Shown here: positions 6,036-11,285 of the stretch, piece by piece
How positions within the stretch are numbered: the first letter of the stretch is position 1
How the letters are laid out: every line of letters starts with the position of its first letter
Assembly (NCBI GenBank): GCA_027340875.1
Contig: DAIENX010000054.1
Location: forward strand, 1 to 11,285
Direction: 5' to 3'
Length of the DNA: 11,285 nt
Origin: Elusimicrobiota bacterium
Lineage (GTDB): Bacteria; Elusimicrobiota; Elusimicrobia; Elusimicrobiales; UBA9959
Notes under the pieces: generated by a model
What the model saw: only the letters and a program-made list of their open reading frames with translations
Told to the model about the DNA's origin: nothing
Database searches by the model: none
Position numbers and translations under genes: made by a program

Positions 6036-7935
6036 TCCTGTCGGCCGCGCTCCGCAGTTCCCTTATCTCTCCGGTTTTGGCCGGGGCCAGTTTCAGGGCC
6101 TCGTCCAGGCAGATCGCCGCCGGCTCCTTCATCCCCAAAGAAATATAGATCCTGGCCAGCTTCAGCAGGGCATCGGGCCGGCCCGGAGCGAGGCTCACGG
6201 AAGCAAGGCAGGCCTGCTCCGCCTTCCGCGGCTCTCCGGCCGCGGCATAAGCGGAGCAGAGCAGGTCCAGCGCCGCCGGCGTCCGCTCCCTGAGCAGCGA
6301 CCTTTCCAGCGCCTCGGCCGCCGCGGCCGGCCGGCCCAGCTCCAGCAGCAGCTTGCCCAGGTTCACCAGCGGGGCGGGGCCGGTGATCTCCGCGGAAGCG
6401 GCCGTCTCGAAAGCCCGGACCGCCTCTTCCTTTTTCCCTATGGACGCCAGCGCGGCGCCGTACGTGTTCCACGCGTCGTAGTTGCCGTCCCATACCCGCA
6501 GGGCCGAAGCCGCCGTGCCCGCCGCGCGGCCGGCGTCGCCGTCGATCAGTTCGCAGGCCGCCAGCGCCCCGAGCAGGTTGGTTCGCACCCCCCTGTCAGG
6601 GTCCATTCCGAGGGCCGGAAGCAGGTAGCGCCGCGCTCTGTCCGTCAGGCCCTCCTGCATGTAATAGGAGCCCAGCATGTAGTTGGCCCAGGCGCTGCCC
6701 GGGTTAAGCCTCACGGCCCGGCTCCAAACGGCCTCGTCGCTGCGCCAGATCAGCTGCTGGGAGACGGAAAGGGCCAGGAAAAGCGCGGCTGCTGCTGCGG
6801 CGGCCGCTTTCAGCGGGCGCGAAGGCAGTGATCTCTCCAGTCCGGAGTATAGCGCTCCAAAAGCCAGCGCGCAGCCGGCCAGCGGCAGGTACAGGTAGCG
6901 GCTCGAGACGAAGACGGAGCCGAGGTACTCGGCCAGGTCGTTGAGCGGCAGGACGTTCAGGTACGGCAGCAGCAGCAGTGCGGCCAGCGCGGCGCCGAGC
7001 GCCGCGGGCCTGTAGCCGTCGAGGCCCGGGCGGTCCCGCTTCAGGGCGTAGAGCAGCGCCGCGGCGCAGATGGCGAGGGCCGCCATGGCGGAGGGGCCGG
7101 GCAGCACGGAGACCTTCTGCGCCGCCGGAGACAGCCAGAACGGCAGCACCAGCATCTTCGCGTACTCGGCGACGCGGGCCGGCACCCAGGCCGGGTCGAG
7201 GAAACGGGCGCCCAGCCCCGAGCCGCGGCCTACGGGTATCCTGGAGAACAGGACCGCGGCCCAGAACCCTGTCAGCCACAGCAGCTCCGGCAGGCGCCGC
7301 CGCAGCTCCTTAAGTCCGCCGCCGTCGCGCGTAAGCGGCAGCAGAAAGAAGAGGGGCAGGCCGCTGAAAGAGCGCTCCTTGAAGAGCAGCGAGACGGCGA
7401 AAAGCAGGCCGGTCAGCAGCTTGCCTCCCGCGCCGTCGCGTCCGTCGCGGGCGACGAACCGGTAAAGCGACCAGAGGAAGAACAGCGCGGAGAAGACGGT
7501 GCCGGTGAAGAGCACCGCTATCAGCGTGCCGGCCTGGGCCGGGTGCAGCGCGAAGAACAACCCGGCCGCGGCCGCCGGCCGCTTCTTCCCGAAAAGCCTG
7601 AGAGCCAGCCGGTAGACGGCCCAGGCGCAGGCGGCGTGGGCGCTCAGCGAGAGCAGGTGCATCCCCCACGGCTGCCAGGCGAACAGGCGCCCGACCGGCA
7701 TCAGTACCGCGTAGGTGAGCGGCTCGAAGCTCTCGTTCCTGAAGATCCTGGTGTAATCCGGGGAGAACAGCCGGAGCGCGCTGGAAAAATGCCGCAGGAA
7801 CGGGTTGTCGCGCACGGACATGCCGTCGTCGAAGACGAAAGGCAGCGCCAGCAGCGGCAGGTACGCCGCCGCGGCGGCCGCGAATACCAGCGCGCCGGTA
7901 CCCAGGCGCTTCGATAGTTCATCTATGCGCTTCAC
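5989..7935 (-). CDS. TMTC-like polytopic membrane protein (GT-C fold-like) with C-terminal TPR repeats, 648 aa
   Basis: FVFDD..VRDNP after TM1, followed by MHLLSL.AHA, LFFALHP, LLFKE, RYLYLP and WRSDEAVW, then TPR-like repeats (ANYMLGSYY, AWNTYGAALA, PLVNLGKLL, ALLKLARIY). GTG start. Confidence 0.85.
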   Translation of the reverse strand: MKRIDELSKRLGTGALVFAAAAAAYLPLLALPFVFDDGMSVRDNPFLRHFSSALRLFSPDYTRIFRNESFEPLTYAVLMPVGRLFAWQPWGMHLLSLSAHAACAWAVYRLALRLFGKKRPAAAAGLFFALHPAQAGTLIAVLFTGTVFSALFFLWSLYRFVARDGRDGAGGKLLTGLLFAVSLLFKERSFSGLPLFFLLPLTRDGGGLKELRRRLPELLWLTGFWAAVLFSRIPVGRGSGLGARFLDPAWVPARVAEYAKMLVLPFWLSPAAQKVSVLPGPSAMAALAICAAALLYALKRDRPGLDGYRPAALGAALAALLLLPYLNVLPLNDLAEYLGSVFVSSRYLYLPLAGCALAFGALYSGLERSLPSRPLKAAAAAAAALFLALSVSQQLIWRSDEAVWSRAVRLNPGSAWANYMLGSYYMQEGLTDRARRYLLPALGMDPDRGVRTNLLGALAACELIDGDAGRAAGTAASALRVWDGNYDAWNTYGAALASIGKKEEAVRAFETAASAEITGPAPLVNLGKLLLELGRPAAAAEALERSLLRERTPAALDLLCSAYAAAGEPRKAEQACLASVSLAPGRPDALLKLARIYISLGMKEPAAICLDEALKLAPAKTGEIRELRSAADRIRGPIQDTRRSSDRR

Positions 7936-7941
7936 GGCTTT

Positions 7942-7950
7942 ATTCTAGCA
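7942..7950 (-). promoter_or_regulatory. Extended -10 of probable leaderless transcript of the TMTC-like gene
   Basis: Minus strand reads TGCTAGAAT-AAAGCC-GTG, i.e. TGn plus TAGAAT, 6 nt before the start codon, no SD. Confidence 0.55.
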
Positions 7951-7967
7951 ATTGGCGGGAGCCCGGC

Positions 7968-8034
7968 AGGGCCAAAATCCTGCCGCGGCGTGGGCCTAAA
8001 GTCCCTTCCGCGCAAGTGTATCTAAAGTTACACT
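7968..8034 (+). promoter_or_regulatory. Putative regulated promoter of the response regulator: two 14-bp boxes (7968-7981, 7992-8005) plus palindrome AGTGTA-N8-TACACT (8015-8034) containing -10 candidate TAAAGT (8023-8028)
   Basis: AGGGCCAAAATCCT and GGGCCTAAAGTCCC start 24 bp apart, with TAAAGT 17 nt after the second box. This is the same geometry as 194-254. Confidence 0.5.
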
Positions 8035-8092
8035 ATAACGGGGATAGGGTTCGTAGGGACGAGGGGGAAACGCAGGTACGGAGGCTGCCGAA

Positions 8093-8446
8093 ATGAAGGC
8101 CAGGATACTGGTGGCGGACGACGACAGGTCGATGCTGGGGCTTTACGACAGGATCTTCTCGGTCACGGATTACGCCGTTTTCAAGGCCGAAAGTTTCGCC
8201 GAGGCCTCCCGGCTGCTGCAGGAGACGGCCTTCGACCTGCTGATAACGGATTTCAAGTTCCACGACGGGCTTGGCACGGAGCTGGCGCGCCTCTTCGGGG
8301 AGATGCGGGAGGGAAGCAGGTGTCTGCTGGTGACCGGCAGCGTCACGGCTTCCGACGATATCAGCCTCAAGGGAATTCACCGGCTCATCGAAAAGCCTTT
8401 CAAAGTGGAGGAGTTCATGAACGCGGTCAGCGAGGCCCTGGTCTGA
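8093..8446 (+). CDS. Single-domain response regulator (CheY-like receiver), 117 aa
   Basis: ILVADDD acidic pocket, phospho-acceptor DLLITD, DGLG, conserved Thr in LVTG, IEKPF. SD GGAGG at 8080-8084. Confidence 0.92.
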   Translation: MKARILVADDDRSMLGLYDRIFSVTDYAVFKAESFAEASRLLQETAFDLLITDFKFHDGLGTELARLFGEMREGSRCLLVTGSVTASDDISLKGIHRLIEKPFKVEEFMNAVSEALV

Positions 8447-8459
8447 GATAAGCTGCGGT

Positions 8460-9248
8460 TCAGGTCCCGGACAGACCCTTCGCCAGCGAAAGGCGGAGGG
8501 TTTCTTTTTCCAGGTCGGCGAGGCTGTCGTACGGCAGGGCCGCCAGCGGTCTGCCGGCCAGCAGCGCCTTCAGTCCCGTGTTCTTGAAAGCCAGCGGGGC
8601 GAAAGCCGAAAGCGCCGCGGCGAGCAGCCTGAAGTTCACCTGGCTGGAGAAGGTCTTCTTCGGTCCCAGCGCCGAGAAATCGAGATCGTCCGAGGCCAGG
8701 CGCAGGCGCGCCCCGGACGTCAGTATGTCCATATAGAAAGAGGTCTCCGAGCTTCTGATCTGCTTGAGGACTTCCTTGCTCTTGCCCAGCCCTATCGGCA
8801 GGCCGGTGACAGCCATTATCCCGAAGCGGATCGCCTTTTCCTGTGCCGAAGGGCCTTCCGTGGTCTTGGCGGTCCTGAAGAACTCCTCCTTCACAGGTGC
8901 GGCGGCCAGCACGCTGATCTCCTCTGGAAACACGGCGGCCGAGAAGCCCTCGGGCCCGAAGAAAGAAGCGCGGTCCCCTTCGAGGAGCAGCCGGCTTACC
9001 GGCCTGGGCGGCGGCAGCGCCGGCAGGCCTTCGGCGGGCAGCCGGACCGCGGCTATGCCCAGCCCGGCGCAGACGGACTCGAGCGCCGCGGCGGCTTCCT
9101 CGGTCAGGGAATTCCCCAGCATGCCCCAGCAGTGGCGGGCCGTCATCGCGGCGGTGGGGAGGTCCAGGCCGCCGGCGGCGGCCAGGGCCCTGGCCAGCAG
9201 TTGTTGCTGCGGCAGCTCTTCCCCGGACGTTATCACGAGAAACGGCAT
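8460..9248 (-). CDS. Hypothetical protein, 262 aa
   Basis: Fills the space between the response regulator and nfeD with protein-like composition, GC3 bias and its own extended -10. No family recognised. Confidence 0.75.
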   Translation of the reverse strand: MPFLVITSGEELPQQQLLARALAAAGGLDLPTAAMTARHCWGMLGNSLTEEAAAALESVCAGLGIAAVRLPAEGLPALPPPRPVSRLLLEGDRASFFGPEGFSAAVFPEEISVLAAAPVKEEFFRTAKTTEGPSAQEKAIRFGIMAVTGLPIGLGKSKEVLKQIRSSETSFYMDILTSGARLRLASDDLDFSALGPKKTFSSQVNFRLLAAALSAFAPLAFKNTGLKALLAGRPLAALPYDSLADLEKETLRLSLAKGLSGT

Positions 9249-9254
9249 GCAGGC

Positions 9255-9263
9255 ATTCTAACA
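9255..9263 (-). promoter_or_regulatory. Extended -10 of probable leaderless transcript of the 9248 gene
   Basis: Minus strand reads TGTTAGAAT-GCCTGC-ATG, i.e. TGn plus TAGAAT, 6 nt before ATG, no SD. Confidence 0.55.
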
Positions 9264-9277
9264 AAAACGCGCCGTGG

Positions 9278-9305
9278 TTGCCGCCGCGGCGCCAAAATGT
9301 ATAAT
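9278..9305 (+). promoter_or_regulatory. Putative sigma70 promoter of nfeD
   Basis: TTGCCG (9278-9283) - 16 nt - TATAAT (9300-9305), then SD GGGGAG before ATG 9325. Confidence 0.55.
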
Positions 9306-9324
9306 AATCAGGGGAGATGAAATT

Positions 9325-10665
9325 ATGATAAAGAACCTTCTGATGTCGGCCGCTCTGCTGGCCGCCGCTCTGCCGGCCGCCGCTGGAAAAAAAGAGGCGC
9401 CGGCCAAAATTTACGAGGTGCGGAGCGTCCTGGTGGCTCCCTACTCTGGCGTCATAACCCCGGCCGCGGCCGAGTTCTTCTCCGGCGCGATAGATAAGGC
9501 CAACGACGCCGGCGGCGCGGACCTGGCGGTGCTCGCCCTGGACACCCCCGGCGGGCTGGATTCCTCGATGCGCGAGATAATCAAGAAGATGCTGGCCTCG
9601 AAAAAACCGGTGGCCGTCTACATCTCTCCGCAGGGCGCCCGCGCGGCCTCGGCCGGCGTCTTCATCTCCATGGCTTCGCCGCTGGTGGCGATGGCCCCAG
9701 GCACCAACATCGGCGCGGCCCACCCGGTGGTGATCGGCGGGCTGCCTTCCGGCATAGGCGGCCGCGACAAGGAGGGCAAGAAGTCGGACCCGATGGACGA
9801 GAAGATGCTCAACGACGCCTCCGCCTACATGAAGTCGATAACACAGAAGACCGGGCGCAATGTGGACTGGGCCGTGAAGGCCGTGGTGAAGAGCGACTCC
9901 ATCCCGGCGGAAGAGGCCGTTAAGAAGGGCGTGGCCGATTTCATCGCGGCCGACATCAACGATTTCCTCGTGAAGGCCGACGGCTTCAGGGCGGGCGAGT
10001 TCGGCGCGCTGAAGACGGTGAACCCTGCCGTGGAATACCTGCGGCAGACCCGCCGGCAGAGGTTCCTGGCCACCATCACGGACCCGAACATCGCCATGAT
10101 CCTGATGAGCCTCGGCGCGGCCGGACTGTTCATCGAGCTGTACAACCCCGGGCTTATCCTGCCGGGCGTGGTCGGAGCCATCTCCATGGTGCTGGCCTTC
10201 TATTCCTTCCAGACCATGTCGGCCAATTTCGCCGGCATAGCGCTGATACTGCTGGGCTTCGTCTTCTTCATAGCCGAGATAAAGGTGGTGAGCTACGGCC
10301 TGCTGACGCTGGGTGGCGCCGTCTCCATCCTGCTGTGCGGGCTGATGCTGTTCGATCAGCCGTCACTGGGAGGTCTGTCCGTGTCGCTGAACATGCTGAT
10401 ATCCACCATCATAGGCCTGGTAGCCGTGGTGGCCGGGGTGGCCTGGCTCGCCGTGCGCGCGCAGCTGCGCCGCGTGGTGACAGGCATCGAGAGCCTGAAG
10501 GACAAGCGCGGCCTGACGAAGACAGCGCTGACGCCGAAGGGCAAGGTGCTGGTGGAGGGCGAGCTGTGGGACGCGGAGAGCGTCTCGGGCGACATCCCGG
10601 CCGGCGCCGACGTGGACGTCACGTCGGTGGACGGCTTCCACATCCGCGTCCGAGCGGTGAAATGA
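9325..10665 (+). CDS. nfeD: Long-form NfeD membrane-bound serine protease (ClpP-class domain + TM region + C-terminal OB fold), ~446 aa
   Basis: Signal peptide from ATG 9325 (SD GGGGAG; GTG 9274 lies upstream of the promoter). Motifs LDTPGGLDSSMREI, catalytic Ser in GARAASAGVFI, MAPGTNIGAAHPV, catalytic Lys in DEKMLND, TM block DPNIAMILM...ELYNPGLILPG...AEIKVVSYG, OB fold GKVLVEGELWDA. Confidence 0.93.
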   Translation: MIKNLLMSAALLAAALPAAAGKKEAPAKIYEVRSVLVAPYSGVITPAAAEFFSGAIDKANDAGGADLAVLALDTPGGLDSSMREIIKKMLASKKPVAVYISPQGARAASAGVFISMASPLVAMAPGTNIGAAHPVVIGGLPSGIGGRDKEGKKSDPMDEKMLNDASAYMKSITQKTGRNVDWAVKAVVKSDSIPAEEAVKKGVADFIAADINDFLVKADGFRAGEFGALKTVNPAVEYLRQTRRQRFLATITDPNIAMILMSLGAAGLFIELYNPGLILPGVVGAISMVLAFYSFQTMSANFAGIALILLGFVFFIAEIKVVSYGLLTLGGAVSILLCGLMLFDQPSLGGLSVSLNMLISTIIGLVAVVAGVAWLAVRAQLRRVVTGIESLKDKRGLTKTALTPKGKVLVEGELWDAESVSGDIPAGADVDVTSVDGFHIRVRAVK

Positions 10666-10874
10666 CGGGAGACCCGACGGTGCGGCGCTGGCAGGAGGCG
10701 ATCATAGCCGAATGCGCGCGCCGCCTGGGCCGTCGGCCGACCGACAGGGAACAGGCCTTCGTCCGCGCCTGCGGCAGTTTCCTTGCGCTGGAGATGGCGG
10801 AGGACACGGTAAAGAGCATCTCCGGCAAGCCGCTCGAAACCTACCTGAACGGCGGCCCGATACGGAAGTCCTGA
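10662..10874 (+). CDS. Small hypothetical protein, 70 aa, translationally coupled to nfeD
   Basis: ATGA overlap with the nfeD stop. Sequence MTGDPTVRRWQEAIIAECARRLGRRPTDREQAFVRACGSFLALEMAEDTVKSISGKPLETYLNGGPIRKS, followed by a terminator. It is the 3' part of track ORF 10335..10874. Confidence 0.65.
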   Translation: MTGDPTVRRWQEAIIAECARRLGRRPTDREQAFVRACGSFLALEMAEDTVKSISGKPLETYLNGGPIRKS

Positions 10875-10882
10875 CCTGTCCC

Positions 10883-10918
10883 TCCGCGGGGGCGTTAGCG
10901 CTCCCCCGGCGGATTTTT
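10883..10918 (+). terminator. Probable Rho-independent terminator of the nfeD operon
   Basis: Imperfect GC stem TCCGCGGGGGCG-TTAG-CGCTCCCCCGGCGGA followed by TTTTT. Confidence 0.65.
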
Positions 10919-10946
10919 GAAAACATCCCGCTTTTTGTGCCATAAT
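10917..10946 (+). promoter_or_regulatory. Putative sigma70 promoter of clpC
   Basis: TTGAAA (10917-10922) - 18 nt - extended TGn-CATAAT (10938-10946). Confidence 0.6.
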
Positions 10947-10985
10947 ATAACTCCGGCTTTTTATACTTCGCCGAAGTTATATTAT
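10942..10985. repeat. 16-bp inverted repeat with 12-nt spacer upstream of clpC
   Basis: ATAATATAACTCCGGC (10942-10957) and GCCGAAGTTATATTAT (10970-10985) are 15/16 complementary. Confidence 0.85.
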
Positions 10986-11027
10986 TTTATTGACAGATTT
11001 TCCGCTATTCAACACGGAGGAAGAACA

Positions 11028-11285
11028 ATGGGAACCAGGTTTACAGACAGGGCGCAGCGCGTGATACTGATAGCCCAGGAGGAGGCCAAGCGCCTCAACC
11101 ACGACTACGTGGGTACCGAACATATCCTGCTGGGGCTGATAGCCCTCTCCGAGGGCGTGGCCAGCCAGGTGTTCCAGAACCTGGGCATCGACCTGCGCAA
11201 GGTACGCGCCGAGATAGAGAAGATCGTGGGCACCGGCGACAACATGATGCTGCTGGGCGAGATCCCGTTCACCCCGCGCGCGAAG
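11028..11285 (+). CDS. clpC: ATP-dependent Clp protease ATPase subunit, ClpC type, partial (N-terminal Clp repeat domain)
   Basis: Not in the ORF track (no stop in window). Manual translation: MGTRFTDRAQRVILIAQEEAKRLNHDYVGTEHILLGLIALSEGVASQVFQNLGIDLRKVRAEIEKIVGTGDNMMLLGEIPFTPRAK. SD GGAGG upstream. Confidence 0.92.
   Translation, partial: MGTRFTDRAQRVILIAQEEAKRLNHDYVGTEHILLGLIALSEGVASQVFQNLGIDLRKVRAEIEKIVGTGDNMMLLGEIPFTPRAK

Noticed and set aside
3950..6493. 847-aa minus-strand ORF
   Set aside because: Antisense to the clearly real aminotransferase and out of frame within the TPR gene. Low-complexity Arg/Ala/Gly composition.
9274..9324. GTG start for nfeD at 9274 (and GTG 1578 for yceH)
   Set aside because: These starts lie upstream of the promoter or SD. 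The downstream ATGs have proper SDs, and for nfeD the ATG gives a proper signal peptide.
8377..9723. 448-aa minus-strand ORF and other short alternative-frame ORFs in the track
   Set aside because: They overlap better-supported genes and give Arg/Gly/Pro-rich translations typical of off-frame GC-rich DNA.
10335..10661. 5' extension of the 179-aa ORF 10335..10874
   Set aside because: Out-of-frame overlap with nfeD. Only the part from ATG 10662 looks coding.
10990..10995. Perfect TTGACA on the + strand upstream of clpC
   Set aside because: No -10-like hexamer 16-18 nt downstream (CACGGA region). It is also not a CtsR repeat, being a single half only.
1..11285. CRISPR array, mobile element, prophage or multi-gene defence system
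   Set aside because: No regularly spaced repeats, terminal repeats, transposase, integrase, cas or phage genes seen. The single nuclease-like ORF has no partner genes.

Overview
High-GC bacterial chromosomal window with 12 complete CDSs and 2 partial CDSs. I found no RNA genes, CRISPR array, transposase or integrase. Gene order: (-) partial secreted protein | (+) M28 leucyl aminopeptidase, YceH/DUF480 protein, small membrane-anchored Lys-rich protein, HtrA/DegP-type protease, eukaryote-type alanine aminotransferase, hypothetical PD-(D/E)XK-like protein | (-) TMTC-like GT-C/TPR membrane protein | (+) stand-alone receiver protein | (-) hypothetical | (+) long-form NfeD, 70-aa hypothetical, start of clpC. 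The overall style suggests Elusimicrobiota, which is an unverified inference. I cannot support a self-contained novel multi-gene system. The most interesting unexplained signal is regulatory: (1) a DosR/DevR-like 14-bp box pair with identical geometry (box-10 nt-box-17 nt-(-10)) in two divergent promoter regions; (2) at least three genes whose -10 hexamer lies exactly 6 nt before the start codon (leaderless); (3) a 16-bp inverted repeat between face-to-face promoters upstream of clpC that matches no heat-shock operator I recognise; (4) an ECF-type promoter for htrA. On the protein side, the notable items are an NfeD with no adjacent SPFH partner, a degenerate nuclease-like ORF, and a TMTC-like protein with altered motifs.
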